NCBI GenBank assembly: GCA_023417065.1
Contig: JAEZGH010000209.1
Span: 279 to 64,278 of the forward strand
From: Bacteroidota bacterium
GTDB taxonomy: Bacteria > Bacteroidota > Bacteroidia > Cytophagales > Cyclobacteriaceae
Length of the DNA stretch: 64,000 nt
Direction: 5' to 3'
Part shown: piece by piece, positions 1-10,493 of the stretch
Layout: each line of letters opens with the position of its first letter
Numbering within the stretch: the first letter of the stretch is position 1
Translations under genes and position numbers: made by a program
Notes under the pieces: generated by a model
What the model was told of the DNA's origin: nothing
Seen by the model: the letters and a program-made list of their open reading frames with translations, nothing else
Databases searched by the model: none

Positions 1-535
1 GCTTTCGCGTAATCGAATCTATTGGTATACGACGGTCAACGCACCACAAGACGATGTGGCGTTGCGCCAGGCCGGGGTAAGGGAGTTGCAGCAGATGTTT
101 GGTAATTTCCATTCACCTGTTTCGGAAATCATTTCATCCACACCTCAGGATGCCATTATACACAATGACATAATTGACGTTAAGCCCATCAGTAAGTTTG
201 CGTTCGATCGGATAGTGCTTTCCGGAGATGCCGCACATGCAACCACGCCGAACATGGGCCAGGGTGCCTGTATGGCTATCGAGGACGCTGTTGTACTGAG
301 TAATTGCATCGCAGGAACAGATGACATGAGGAGCGCGTTTCAGCGTTACGAGCGTCTGCGTATAGGTCGTACTACCAAAATCGTGAATACTTCGTACACG
401 CTGGGGAAAATCGGCCAGTTGAAGCATCCATTGCTGGTGAAGCTTCGTAACAAAGCGATGCAGCTAACCCCACAGCACGTATCCGACAAGCAGTTGGAGT
501 TTCTCTTCAATGTTTCGCTTTCCGAGAATGGGTGA
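1..535 (+). CDS. FAD-dependent monooxygenase, C-terminal part (5' truncated by window edge)
   Basis: GDAAHATTPNMGQGACMAIEDA motif of group A flavoprotein monooxygenases; ORF track 56..535, frame likely open from upstream of the window. Confidence 0.85.
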   Translation, partial: LSRNRIYWYTTVNAPQDDVALRQAGVRELQQMFGNFHSPVSEIISSTPQDAIIHNDIIDVKPISKFAFDRIVLSGDAAHATTPNMGQGACMAIEDAVVLSNCIAGTDDMRSAFQRYERLRIGRTTKIVNTSYTLGKIGQLKHPLLVKLRNKAMQLTPQHVSDKQLEFLFNVSLSENG

Positions 536-1556
536 GATAATCCGATACGACAAGCCCCGTGGGTTCTATCTCACCTACGGAACCATATTGCTCTTTGTAC
601 TCCTGGGATATATTGTCAGGAGTGCAAAGTACGAGTTTGGTCGGGAGTTGCAGATTTGGCTGAGCATCGTATCACTAGGGCTTATCGCTGTATTCTGGGA
701 AAGCCTGCGTATCATTAATAACTACCTGAACCGGGTAATGCCCTTTGAGCGGGGTACTGCATCAAGAGTGATCGTACAGTTGTTATCGGGAGCGCTCGTA
801 GGTCTTCTTATACGTTATTTTATCTATCGTTTTGGAGAGCCGTATCTTCCTTTTAAGCTGGATGAATTGTTCGCAGCGGCAACGTGGGTTATATATGTAT
901 TCGTACCGTGCTCAGTCAATCTGGGTTTCTTTACGGTGCATCTTTTCGATCGGTGGAAGAGATCTCTTATCCTTGCCGAAAAGCTCGAGCGGGAGAAAAC
1001 CCAGGTTCAGTTTGATAATCTGAAGAACCAGCTCAATCCTCATTTCCTCTTCAACGCGCTGACTTCACTTAATAGCCTTATTTTTACGGATCAGAAGCTG
1101 GCATCTGAATTCCTGCAGCAGTTGTCGAAGGTTTTCCGGTATGTACTTCAAAGCAGAGAAAAGACTACGGTCAGTCTTCAGGTTGAATTAACCTTCATCA
1201 GGCACTATATTGACCTGCTTAAGACGCGGTTCTCGGGGTCGTTGCTTATTTCTGTCGACGTTGATAATAATGAACTTGAGAGCGAAATTGTGCCGGTAAC
1301 GTTGCAGGTTCTTATCGGAAATGCGATCAAGCACAACGTGATTGACGAAGCCAGGCCATTGTACATAAAGATAAAAGCCAAAGGTGGCTACGTGGAAGTC
1401 CGGAATAATCTGCAGCCGCGTAAGCGAGTGGAGGAGTCGAATAAGCAGGGGCTTGAGAACCTCAGTGGATTGTACGGGTTTCTTACGCCGATGCCCTTTG
1501 TGATTGAATCCGATGAAGGAGAGTTTGTTGTCAAAGTTCCGTTGATAGCACATTAG
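528..1556 (+). CDS. LytS/YehU-type membrane sensor histidine kinase
   Basis: N-terminal TM helices, LKNQLNPHFLFNAL His_kinase motif, NAIKH; ATG at 528 overlaps upstream stop. Confidence 0.9.
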   Translation: MGEIIRYDKPRGFYLTYGTILLFVLLGYIVRSAKYEFGRELQIWLSIVSLGLIAVFWESLRIINNYLNRVMPFERGTASRVIVQLLSGALVGLLIRYFIYRFGEPYLPFKLDELFAAATWVIYVFVPCSVNLGFFTVHLFDRWKRSLILAEKLEREKTQVQFDNLKNQLNPHFLFNALTSLNSLIFTDQKLASEFLQQLSKVFRYVLQSREKTTVSLQVELTFIRHYIDLLKTRFSGSLLISVDVDNNELESEIVPVTLQVLIGNAIKHNVIDEARPLYIKIKAKGGYVEVRNNLQPRKRVEESNKQGLENLSGLYGFLTPMPFVIESDEGEFVVKVPLIAH

Positions 1557-1575
1557 CAGTAACAGAAAATCAGGT

Positions 1576-2328
1576 ATGCGTATTTTGATCATTGAAGATG
1601 AACCGCTGGTAGCAAAAGACCTGCGCCACCATATTCAGCGTATAGAGCCAGAGTCATCGATCGTTGGCGTGTTGACCTCGGTGGAGGGTGCAGCGCAGTG
1701 GTTCGAGTCCAATGCTGCGCCGGATCTTATACTTTCGGATATTCAATTATCGGATGGCATTGCTTTCGATGTCTTTGAATCGCGAAGCATTGGTTGCCCT
1801 ATCATTTTTACTACAGCGTATGATGATTATGCTATCCGGGCTTTCAAGCTGAACAGCATAGATTATTTGCTTAAGCCAATTGATCCGGAAGAGTTGGCAA
1901 GGGCGCTGAAGAAGTATAAGTTGTATAAAGCGATTCCCCATCTGGAAGAACAACTTGCAGACTTCTTTCAGAAGTGGAAATCACCGAATGTGCATTACAA
2001 AGAACGGTTCCTGGTAACGCACGGCAATTCACTCATTCCAGTTCTCGTCGACGATGTTGCTTTTTTTCACAAGGAGCATCTCATCTTTCTTCATACCATC
2101 GACAGTGAAAAATACATTTGTGAATACACTGCACTTGATGATGTTGAGGAACTGCTGGATCCGAAATTATTTTTCCGGGTAAACAGACAATTCATAATAC
2201 ACATACAGGCAGTGGGGAAAGTGAAACCAACTCACAAAGGCTTGCTGGTGTCGTTGAAGCCGCCGTTCAATACGGAAATCGACATAAGCCGGGAGAAGGC
2301 AGCTGCATTCAAGAGGTGGCTCGGCTGA
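1576..2328 (+). CDS. LytTR-family response regulator
   Basis: Receiver domain (IEDE, DIQL, FTTAY, KP) plus FFRVNRQFII LytTR motif; follows the kinase. Confidence 0.93.
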   Translation: MRILIIEDEPLVAKDLRHHIQRIEPESSIVGVLTSVEGAAQWFESNAAPDLILSDIQLSDGIAFDVFESRSIGCPIIFTTAYDDYAIRAFKLNSIDYLLKPIDPEELARALKKYKLYKAIPHLEEQLADFFQKWKSPNVHYKERFLVTHGNSLIPVLVDDVAFFHKEHLIFLHTIDSEKYICEYTALDDVEELLDPKLFFRVNRQFIIHIQAVGKVKPTHKGLLVSLKPPFNTEIDISREKAAAFKRWLG

Positions 2329-2332
2329 GTTG

Positions 2333-3283
2333 TCAGAGATCCCAGGGGATGTCTTCGGGAAATTCTTTTTCGTAGTACAATCCGATGTTATTTTCCTTTA
2401 GGGTTTTCGCTGCTTTGGCGAGAACGGCGTCGTGCGCCTTGCGATCGCGGACTTTCCGGATGATGATATAACGTATTCGTTCAGGGAACTGCTCGGCGAG
2501 GGTGAGGTAAATAGTCAGGTCCTTTTGTGTATTGTCGCCAATAAGTATGTACTTCTTATTCGGGAACAACTCCATGATTTTTGCCAGCATGGTCATCTTG
2601 TGAGTATGCTTCCTGCCGCGTATGCGTCTGCCGACGACGTGAGCGAGGTGGATGAACTGCTTAAGGAATAACGGGCCAGGAGGGAATTCATTGATGGTAA
2701 GGAACCGATATAACAGGGGGTAAAGATTCTGCTCGCTGTTGCTTAGGTAGAAGCAATTCGTTCCCGACAAAGCGAAACGTTTGATGAGTTGTTGCATGCT
2801 TTTTACCGCCTTGCGTTTTTCAACGGATGTAAAAAGCAGCGTTCTGAACTGCTTGAATTTGTTTCCTATGAAAGAATGTATGAGCGTGTCGTCAAGATCA
2901 GAAATGACGATGGTGGGTGAATCAACCGGTTGAATGTGGTTGGGGTATAGGTCCTGGGTCAACTCGACTTCTTCGCCGGTAGGCAGAAGACGCAGGCTTT
3001 CGAGCCGGGTTTGTTTTTCCGAGAAGTCAACCTCACACCAGAATGATCCTGAGCGGTCGGTTTTACCATGAACGGTACCGTGGTCGAAACACATTTCAAA
3101 CGCTGTGTTGGCTACCCCGGAAGATTGATATAAACCGATGATGGTTTTGAAGTTTTTGAACCAGCTGTATTTTTTGAAACTGAGATCTGTTACAGGTGAG
3201 TGTGCGAGCTTACCAAAGAAAACATTATGAGTTCCATTAGATAAACCATAAAAGCTGAGAAGGATGACACTAGTTTTCCCCAT
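2333..3283 (-). CDS. App1-family phosphatidate phosphatase (DUF2183)
   Basis: ISDLDDT, YLSNS, FPPGPLFL and LIGDNTQKD motifs. Confidence 0.8.
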   Translation of the reverse strand: MGKTSVILLSFYGLSNGTHNVFFGKLAHSPVTDLSFKKYSWFKNFKTIIGLYQSSGVANTAFEMCFDHGTVHGKTDRSGSFWCEVDFSEKQTRLESLRLLPTGEEVELTQDLYPNHIQPVDSPTIVISDLDDTLIHSFIGNKFKQFRTLLFTSVEKRKAVKSMQQLIKRFALSGTNCFYLSNSEQNLYPLLYRFLTINEFPPGPLFLKQFIHLAHVVGRRIRGRKHTHKMTMLAKIMELFPNKKYILIGDNTQKDLTIYLTLAEQFPERIRYIIIRKVRDRKAHDAVLAKAAKTLKENNIGLYYEKEFPEDIPWDL

Positions 3284-4154
3284 CAGGCAAGACGACTTTT
3301 AGGGCAGACGAAATGATCTTTATTTTGAGCTCACCAACTTCGCCCATGTATTCTCCATCGATCTGAAGGTGTGCTTTGGGTGTAACCGCGATAACAGCTT
3401 CCTTGCAGCTTATCACGTCAGAGAACATTTCCTTGTCGAGGAAAATATTGATTGCAGTAAGTCCGGCTTTAATTGCTGAGGCGAGGTCAATGGTTTGGAC
3501 ATTGCATATTTCGAACCTGCCGTCAGAGGGAGAGCCTTCAGATATCTGGACACCGGTTCCGTACTTATGTGCGTTGGCGATGACGAGCATGTATCCTTCC
3601 TTATCATAGGTTTCCTCCGGCGTGGTGATTGTAAATTTCATCAGATCACTTTGCCGGATAGAACTGATCAGGTGCTTGGCGTATCCCAGCATTCCTTTGT
3701 CACCGGCCTCTTCGTAATTCTTAACCAGCAATGCATTCGTGCCGAGGTCGCTCAGATGCATGCAAATGTATTCTTCGTTTATATGCATGACATCCAGCGG
3801 GATGGTGTTTTTCGATCTCATCGCGATTCGCAATGCTTCCCCCGTATTTCTGGGAATTGCAAGGGCTGTAGCGAGTCCATTTGCCGAGCCAGTTGGCAGA
3901 ATTGCCATTGGCAGATTCATGCCCATAAGGTTCCTGCCCACAAGTTGAACGGTACCATCACCGCCGCATGCCACAACGCGATCGGGTAGAGTTGATCGCA
4001 CTTTTTTCTGGAGCAGTTCATTATCATCTTCACCTGTTGTGAAATGGACTACGTATTCCTGATCGAATTCCTGCGAAAGATCCTGAATCAACGAGATAAC
4101 CTCCTCAGCATTAACTTTTCCTGAGGTTGGATTCATCACATACAGGATTTTCAT
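3270..4154 (-). CDS. Diacylglycerol kinase family lipid kinase
   Basis: NPTSG, GGDGT, PTGSANGLA and QIDGE motifs. Confidence 0.9.
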   Translation of the reverse strand: MKILYVMNPTSGKVNAEEVISLIQDLSQEFDQEYVVHFTTGEDDNELLQKKVRSTLPDRVVACGGDGTVQLVGRNLMGMNLPMAILPTGSANGLATALAIPRNTGEALRIAMRSKNTIPLDVMHINEEYICMHLSDLGTNALLVKNYEEAGDKGMLGYAKHLISSIRQSDLMKFTITTPEETYDKEGYMLVIANAHKYGTGVQISEGSPSDGRFEICNVQTIDLASAIKAGLTAINIFLDKEMFSDVISCKEAVIAVTPKAHLQIDGEYMGEVGELKIKIISSALKVVLPDGEN

Positions 4155-4216
4155 AATTTTTTTATTCTATAAACGTAAAATCAAGTGCCACCCGATTGCT
4201 TTACTAATAGAAAACA

Positions 4217-4242
4217 AAAGCCCCGGTGATGGTCGGGGCTTT
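4217..4242 (-). terminator. Intrinsic terminator
   Basis: AAAGCCCCGG-tgatgg-TCGGGGCTTT hairpin just downstream of the Dabb gene, with A/T tracts. Confidence 0.65.
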
Positions 4243-4262
4243 ATTGAAATGGTTAAGAAGAA

Positions 4263-4676
4263 TCAGACGTCAATGGAATCGTATACTACGACCTTGCTCC
4301 ACAAATGACTGCAATCTTCCACGAATTTTTGGTGCAGCGGGTGGACCTGATAGACGTTCTGGCCTTCGACGTCGTCGAAGAACATGAGTTCTGAAACCTG
4401 GTAGCTGTTGTCTACGACGTCCCGTTTTTCAGTACTTGCCGGTACGCCGATATAGAGTTTTTTTACCGTTTCGATCTTGCGAAGTGTTTGTAAGCCTTCG
4501 ATCAGTTTGTTCCGATCTTCAATGGAGTCGGGGTTTTTGAGCCAAAAGAATACGTGATGGGTGAGTTGTTTTTTAGTCTTGTCCATAGTTGGTAAAGAAA
4601 ATGCAGGCAAAGTAACGGCTCCCGCAGTAACTGCGGCTGTTGTCAGCAGAAACTTCCGCCTCGTTGATTTACTCAT
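4263..4676 (-). CDS. Dabb (stress-responsive A/B barrel) protein with twin-arginine-like leader
   Basis: HHVFFWLK and [11 protein letters not shown] motifs; N-terminal TRRKFL followed by a hydrophobic stretch. Confidence 0.85.
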   Translation of the reverse strand: MSKSTRRKFLLTTAAVTAGAVTLPAFSLPTMDKTKKQLTHHVFFWLKNPDSIEDRNKLIEGLQTLRKIETVKKLYIGVPASTEKRDVVDNSYQVSELMFFDDVEGQNVYQVHPLHQKFVEDCSHLWSKVVVYDSIDV

Positions 4677-4759
4677 AAACTTCAAGATTTTCGAAAAGAT
4701 AGAATATTTGAGCGAGCACTCAAACGTTTCTTTCGCGAACGGCCGGTGGAGGTGAACGG

Positions 4760-5140
4760 TTAAATCGTTATTTCAACGCGGTTGCCGTCAGGGTCGAGGA
4801 CTATGCTTTCGAAATATCCGTCACCGGTTACACGGGGTTCCCCGGTTATGCAAAAACCATCCTTTCGAAGTTGTTCTGTAATGGCGATCACGTTTTCCTT
4901 CGATCCCACCGAAATGGCGAAGTGTGCCAGGCCTGTGTAATTGGCAGCGTTGACAGGCTGAAGGTTTGGACAGTGCATAATTTCCAGTCGTGCCCCCTCT
5001 GAGAAGGCGAGGAAATAACTTTCAAACGCCTTCACCTCATTGCGGTATTTAGGTCCGGCTGTGACACCGAAATACCTTCCGTAAAAAGATCGCAGTCGTT
5101 CGAGATCGTTGGTCCAGATAGCCAGATGTTCAATCTTCAT
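4760..5140 (-). CDS. VOC/glyoxalase family protein
   Basis: IEHLAIW, LEIM, HFAISVG and DPDGNRVE motifs. Confidence 0.88.
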   Translation of the reverse strand: MKIEHLAIWTNDLERLRSFYGRYFGVTAGPKYRNEVKAFESYFLAFSEGARLEIMHCPNLQPVNAANYTGLAHFAISVGSKENVIAITEQLRKDGFCITGEPRVTGDGYFESIVLDPDGNRVEITI

Positions 5141-5155
5141 TCGACGGGGAGCGAA

Positions 5156-5794
5156 TTATTCCAGATAAGCAGGTAATGGAATTTCCGGAGCAAGAAGATC
5201 ATCAGCAATAGCAGGCTTGCGTTCAATTTTCAATGGAATGACTCCTGCCCACACAGGTAGTACATAATCTTCATCATCGTCTTTTGGGCCACCAACGCGC
5301 ACTTTGGCAGATGCTTCGTTGATAGGAAACTTGATCACCATCGTAGCTTTCCATTCACCAGGGTTCGGCTTTCGGATTTCATTCCAACGTCCAGGTTGCA
5401 CTTTTTCTGTGAATGCTTCCAACGCCAGATATTGCTCCTGTTCATCGGTCACAATCTCAGGTTTGCTGAAGATGACAACAGAGCGATAATTCATTGAATG
5501 ATGGAAGGCCGACCTGGCGAGAACCAGTCCGTCGACAAGGGTAGCGCTCAGACACACATCACATCCTGACTGGAAGTAGCGCATGTATCCGCTGCCTACT
5601 GACCCGTGGATGTAGATGTACTCGCCAATGCGGCAATGGCCGGTGGGCATCATGAAGGGCTTTCCGTCGCGGACAAAGGCAAGGGTGATGTAACACGCTT
5701 CATCGATAATGCTGAAGATCGCTTCTTTGTCGTAGACACCGCGCTTTGGTAGGCGTGTTATTTTTGTGTTCGGTGTGACTTGAAACTTTTTCAT
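5156..5794 (-). CDS. Pyridoxamine 5'-phosphate oxidase-like flavin-binding protein
   Basis: LVDGLVLARSAFHHSMNYRSVV and SAKVRVGGPKDD motifs. Confidence 0.88.
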   Translation of the reverse strand: MKKFQVTPNTKITRLPKRGVYDKEAIFSIIDEACYITLAFVRDGKPFMMPTGHCRIGEYIYIHGSVGSGYMRYFQSGCDVCLSATLVDGLVLARSAFHHSMNYRSVVIFSKPEIVTDEQEQYLALEAFTEKVQPGRWNEIRKPNPGEWKATMVIKFPINEASAKVRVGGPKDDDEDYVLPVWAGVIPLKIERKPAIADDLLAPEIPLPAYLE

Positions 5795-6792
5795 TACTTA
5801 ATACTTAAAACGATTTTTCCGAATTGATCAGCGGCTTCCATTAATTTGAACCCCTGTTGAATTTCTTCAAGCGGGAGAACCCTGTCGATCACGGGTTTCA
5901 GATTTCTGCTCTCAAGGAAATCAAGCATTGAGAGGAATTCGTCTCGCGTGCCCATCGTAGTTCCGAGGATGGATAGTTGTTTCCAATAGAGAGATCGGGT
6001 GGCTACCTCGGAGATGTTTCCTGCCGTTCTTCCGAAGTTTACAATCCTCCCTCCCGGCAGCGCCAGGTCTATCAGTTTATTGAAATCAGCTCCGCCGGCG
6101 CTGTCGATAATGATGTCGAAACCTCCGGACACTTTCCTGGCTTTTTCGGCCCACTGCGAGTCTTTGTAATTGAAGCCATCAATAGCTCCGAGCGCTTTTG
6201 CCTTTTCGATTTTTTCGTTGGAACCAGAAGTTACATAGACGCGGGCCTGGTAAGCGGTGGCAAATTGCAACAGCCAGAGCGCAACGCCGCCTCCGATTCC
6301 GGTGATCAGTACTTTTTCTTTTGCCCGCAGTCGCGCCTTCGAAAATAGTGCGCGATACGCTGTTAATCCCGACAACGGTACCGCTGCTGCTTCTGCAAAC
6401 GAAAGGTGCGGCGGTTTTTCAAAAACATACTGTTTCGGCACCACGATGTAGTCACTGAACGTACCGTTATCAGGGAATCCGAGGATCTTGAAAGAGTCGC
6501 CCTGCACTACAGGGTTTGAGCCCCAGTTAAGGCTGGGGTTTATCACTACTTCAGCTCCGATCAGCATCGGATTCGCGTCTTCACCGACAGCTTCTACTAC
6601 TCCCGCGCCATCGGAGCCCAGGGTTATACCTTGCTGAAACGATTGGGTTTGCTCCTTCACTAACCAGAGGTCGCGATGATTGATTGCGGCGTTATGAACG
6701 CGAATTAAGACCTGATCCTTGATGGCAACGGGTTTCTTGATATTTTCAATGACAAGTGGTTGTTCCGGGCTTTTATAAACTGCAGCTCTCAT
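5794..6792 (-). CDS. MDR-family (zinc-binding ADH-like) NADPH:quinone oxidoreductase
   Basis: AAINHRD, GSDGAGVV, GIGGGVA and FGKIVL motifs. Confidence 0.88.
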   Translation of the reverse strand: MRAAVYKSPEQPLVIENIKKPVAIKDQVLIRVHNAAINHRDLWLVKEQTQSFQQGITLGSDGAGVVEAVGEDANPMLIGAEVVINPSLNWGSNPVVQGDSFKILGFPDNGTFSDYIVVPKQYVFEKPPHLSFAEAAAVPLSGLTAYRALFSKARLRAKEKVLITGIGGGVALWLLQFATAYQARVYVTSGSNEKIEKAKALGAIDGFNYKDSQWAEKARKVSGGFDIIIDSAGGADFNKLIDLALPGGRIVNFGRTAGNISEVATRSLYWKQLSILGTTMGTRDEFLSMLDFLESRNLKPVIDRVLPLEEIQQGFKLMEAADQFGKIVLSIK

Positions 6793-6865
6793 GATTACTT
6801 AAGGGAATAGCATGCCTCCACGAAGAGGCTTCGTGTAAACTTCAAATCGTCAGCGAAATCTCGGA

Positions 6866-7942
6866 TTACTTTTTCTGAATAATGTAGTTCCAGCCGTGTG
6901 TATCCGGATCAATACCGAGACGAATCCTGTTGAGTTTTTCTTTCATTTTCAACTGGAGGCTGTCGGCTTTCGGTTCAGGAATTTCAAGGTCGTTTCCGCC
7001 GATATTGATTACAGCAATAGGAGCTACAACGGCTGCGGTACCAGAACCAAATGCTTCTGTAACTTCGCCTGATTTGAATCCTTTTTCGATTTCATCAATA
7101 CTGATCCTGCGTTCTTCCACTTCGACGCCAAGGTCATGCGCGAGTGTAATGAGCGTGTCTCTGGTGACACCTTCGAGAATAGCAGTAGTGAGCTTTGGCG
7201 TGACGAGTTTGCCGTTGATGACGAAGAATACGTTCATCATTCCGACCTCGTCGATGTACTTGTGTTCCTTGTGGTCGGTCCACAGCAGTTGATCGAAGCC
7301 TTGCTCGCGAGCCAGTTGCGTGGGATAGAATGCGCCGCCGTAGTTTCCGGCACATTTGGCGAACCCTGTTCCACCTTCGGCTGTGCGAACGTAGGTATTT
7401 TCAACTTTGAGCCGATACGGTTTCGCCTGATAGGCGGCAACCGGACTATTCATGATGATGAATTTGAAATGATCCGCAACTTTTACACCGAGGCGGGCTT
7501 CATAAGCAAACACGAGTGGCCTGATGTAGAGTGACGAGCCTTCTGCGGTTGGAATCCAATCCTGATCAAGTTCAACGAGCGCATGAAGTGACTGCAGGAA
7601 CATTTCTTCGGGGATTCGCGGCATGCACATCCTGTCCATCGAGCGGTTGAGGCGCGCATGGTGCTTATGAGGTCTGAAGATGTTGATGTTGCCATCGTTC
7701 ATCCAGAACGCTTTCATGCCTTCGAATATAGATTGTCCGTAATGTAGTGAAAGCATGGCGGGGCTAACTGATATGTCGGCGAAGGGCACGATTTCAGGAT
7801 CCTGCCATTTTCCGTCTTTGAAATCGGCTACCAACATATGGTCGGCGAGATACTTGCCGAACTCAAGATTGTTGAAATCAGTTTCTGAAATTCTCGAATG
7901 GGTTACCCGCGTAATGGGTATGGTTGTCGTTGCAGTACTCAT
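6866..7942 (-). CDS. ilvE: Branched-chain amino acid aminotransferase
   Basis: LHYGQSIFEGMKA, AKCAGNY (PLP lysine), EVGMMN, ILEGVTR and GSGTAA motifs. Confidence 0.93.
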   Translation of the reverse strand: MSTATTTIPITRVTHSRISETDFNNLEFGKYLADHMLVADFKDGKWQDPEIVPFADISVSPAMLSLHYGQSIFEGMKAFWMNDGNINIFRPHKHHARLNRSMDRMCMPRIPEEMFLQSLHALVELDQDWIPTAEGSSLYIRPLVFAYEARLGVKVADHFKFIIMNSPVAAYQAKPYRLKVENTYVRTAEGGTGFAKCAGNYGGAFYPTQLAREQGFDQLLWTDHKEHKYIDEVGMMNVFFVINGKLVTPKLTTAILEGVTRDTLITLAHDLGVEVEERRISIDEIEKGFKSGEVTEAFGSGTAAVVAPIAVINIGGNDLEIPEPKADSLQLKMKEKLNRIRLGIDPDTHGWNYIIQKK

Positions 7943-8021
7943 GTCACATTATGGATTGAAGGTCTGAATTTCTTAATAATCCGGGTAAATAAGGATAAAA
8001 CTTCTGTTAATAGTGGTAGAA

Positions 8022-9431
8022 TTATTTATAATTCAAATTAACCGTCATTTTTTGATAAACCTCGCAAAGAGCTTCAAAACCGGTTTCAATGTCGGAAAGT
8101 GAGGTTTGCCAGTTCGACATCGCCGCCCTGATTGCAGGAGTATTCCGATAGACCGTGGGAGTGAAGAACACGCGGCCGTCATCGCGAACGGCATCCAGGA
8201 AGTGGCGCACCTCGTTCATGGATGCAAGCGTTTGAAATGTAAAACAGACCACATTCATGCGCACCGGAGCCAGCAGGCGGAAGTGCTCGGAGGATTCAAT
8301 TTGCTTCCCCAGCAAGGCAGCAGCCTCGCAGTTCCTTTCGACGATATCCCGATGCCCCTGAGCTCCGTACGCCATGAGTGAAAACCAGGCCGGCAGTGCA
8401 CGAAAGCGTCGCGAGTTCTCCGGCGTAAGGTGGAGGTTGTCCGGATTCTGGGAGGGATCGCCGAGGTAGGAGGCGTTGTTCTGGAAAACTTTCAACTGCA
8501 GATCCCGGTGACGGGTAAAATGCATGGCGGCATCGTAAGGCACGTTCAGCCACTTATGGGCGTCTATGGCGACCGAATCAGCCAGATCGATTCCGGCAAC
8601 CAGGTGTCTGAATTTATCGGAAAGCGAAGCAAAACCACCGAACGCCGCGTCGACGTGAAGGAAAAAGGGATACTTCCTTCGAAGATCGGCTATTGCCTGT
8701 ATATCGTCGAAGTCAACCGTGTTAACGGTACCGGCATTCGCTACGACAATTACCGGGCGATCCAGTTCCTGTAAACGCTGTTCTAGCTTCTTGACGTCTA
8801 TGGCTTCGCGGTCCGGCAGACAATCGATTTTTTGCAACGCTTGCCTTCCAAGACCACTCATGCTCATCGCTTTGAGCACGCTTGAGTGTGGGGCACCGCT
8901 GAGTACAAGGACTGGCACCGAATCCGACATTCCTTCGCTACTGATATCTCGTCCGTATTGTTCACCCACCCATTGGCGGCCCACATTGATGCCGACGAAG
9001 TTTGACATCGTGGCGCCCGTTACAAAGGTACCTGTGAATTGCTCACTGAGGCCAAAGAGCTCCAACATCCATTTTATTGTCTGGCGTTCGAGCAGGTGTG
9101 CGACTGAATCGTTGCTTCCTGACATCACCTGGTCGTAGACACTAACCAGCCAGTCTCCGGCAACCGCAGAAGGAGTTGAACCGCCTGTCACAAAACCAAA
9201 GAATCGAGGGCCAGCCATGTTGGCCATCTTGCCTGCATAGCGATCAGAGAAAACATCAAGCACGCTTAGTGCCCCGATACCTTCATTTGGCAGGGCGTTA
9301 TCAAGCGAAGGTCCCGCAAGAAGGGAGGGCGGAAGTTTGTCCTGCTGTTCATAGTATCTGTTTGCAATCTCCTGAACTCCTGCGAGGATAACAGAAATTT
9401 TTTCGCGGTCCTGCTTTAGCGTCGCGTTCAT
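8022..9431 (-). CDS. Group II PLP-dependent decarboxylase (aromatic amino acid/glutamate decarboxylase-like)
   Basis: AGTVNTVDFD, LHVDAAFGG, DAHKWLNVPY and PENSRRFRALP motifs; start could also be 9464. Confidence 0.88.
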   Translation of the reverse strand: MNATLKQDREKISVILAGVQEIANRYYEQQDKLPPSLLAGPSLDNALPNEGIGALSVLDVFSDRYAGKMANMAGPRFFGFVTGGSTPSAVAGDWLVSVYDQVMSGSNDSVAHLLERQTIKWMLELFGLSEQFTGTFVTGATMSNFVGINVGRQWVGEQYGRDISSEGMSDSVPVLVLSGAPHSSVLKAMSMSGLGRQALQKIDCLPDREAIDVKKLEQRLQELDRPVIVVANAGTVNTVDFDDIQAIADLRRKYPFFLHVDAAFGGFASLSDKFRHLVAGIDLADSVAIDAHKWLNVPYDAAMHFTRHRDLQLKVFQNNASYLGDPSQNPDNLHLTPENSRRFRALPAWFSLMAYGAQGHRDIVERNCEAAALLGKQIESSEHFRLLAPVRMNVVCFTFQTLASMNEVRHFLDAVRDDGRVFFTPTVYRNTPAIRAAMSNWQTSLSDIETGFEALCEVYQKMTVNLNYK

Positions 9432-9453
9432 GTGTTTGAGATAATGACTGATG

Positions 9454-10374
9454 TTATTTTTCAAGTAGGGGTGACTGGATCTGTTTCACCTGGCGGTAGC
9501 CACGGTTCACGAGGTAAATGCCGGTAACCGTTATGATGAATGCAATCAGGATTCGGCCGTTGAGTTTTTCGGACAAGACGAGCCATCCGAGAAACACGGC
9601 TACGAGCGGATTGATGTACGCGTAGAGTGATACTATTGTCATGGGTAGCTTTCGAAGTGCATACGAGTATGCGACGTAAGCGATGATGGAGCCAAATACC
9701 ACCAGGTAAATGAAGGGATAAATTGCTTCGGAGGTCCACGTGATCATCTCATAATCATCGAAGATTGCGCTAAGCGGAAACAACCATAGTCCACCGAAGA
9801 ACATTTGAAGTCCGGCGTTCATAAATACATTGGTGCTGTTGTTCCTTTTTTTGATCCAGATGCTTCCTCCTGCCCATGCGAGTACAGCAGTAAAGATCAA
9901 TACGATGCCTGCGACATAGTCAGGTTTTGAAAATTCGCGAACGTGTTCACTGAAGACCAGAACAATTCCAGCGAGTCCCAGTACAACACCTCCAGTAACA
10001 ACAGCGTTCGGTTTTTCTTCGCGGTGTATTCCGAGGTTGATTAATATTACCAATACCGGCATCAGCGAGCAGATGATAGCTGCAATTCCACTTGGGATAA
10101 TCATTTCTGCCCATGCTACCAGTCCATTTCCGAGGGAGATCATGAAAAATCCTGCTACTGCCTGGCGGAAGATGTGTTCCTTAGTAAGGTTATGATTACT
10201 GCTGACAAGAAATGTTATTCCAATGAGGATTACTCCTGCGATTGTCTGTCGTAAAGCAGTGAACAGGAAGGGTGGAAAGTGAAGCACCGCTATGCGCAGC
10301 GCGAGGTAGGTGGTTCCCCAAATGATACAGATGGCGACCAACGCAAGATATGCCGGTAATAAATCTCGTTTCAC
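9454..10374 (-). CDS. EamA/DMT-family transporter
   Basis: IIWGTTYLA and YAYINPLVAV motifs, ~10 TM helices; GTG start inferred. Confidence 0.88.
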   Translation of the reverse strand: MKRDLLPAYLALVAICIIWGTTYLALRIAVLHFPPFLFTALRQTIAGVILIGITFLVSSNHNLTKEHIFRQAVAGFFMISLGNGLVAWAEMIIPSGIAAIICSLMPVLVILINLGIHREEKPNAVVTGGVVLGLAGIVLVFSEHVREFSKPDYVAGIVLIFTAVLAWAGGSIWIKKRNNSTNVFMNAGLQMFFGGLWLFPLSAIFDDYEMITWTSEAIYPFIYLVVFGSIIAYVAYSYALRKLPMTIVSLYAYINPLVAVFLGWLVLSEKLNGRILIAFIITVTGIYLVNRGYRQVKQIQSPLLEK

Positions 10375-10445
10375 AAAAGGGTTGATATATGTCCGGCGCA
10401 ACTTGCGTGGACGTAATACAAAACTTCCCCTTTTTACGGAATTAT

Positions 10446-10484
10446 AACAGTTTCAGTTTTCGTTATTTTGACCAGATCAGTTAT
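10446..10484 (-). promoter_or_regulatory. Putative MocR-type operator upstream of the EamA operon
   Basis: Minus strand AACTGATCTGG...AACTGAAACTG (three AACTG units); MocR-family gene nearby. Confidence 0.45.
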
Positions 10485-10493
10485 TTTTTGCAT

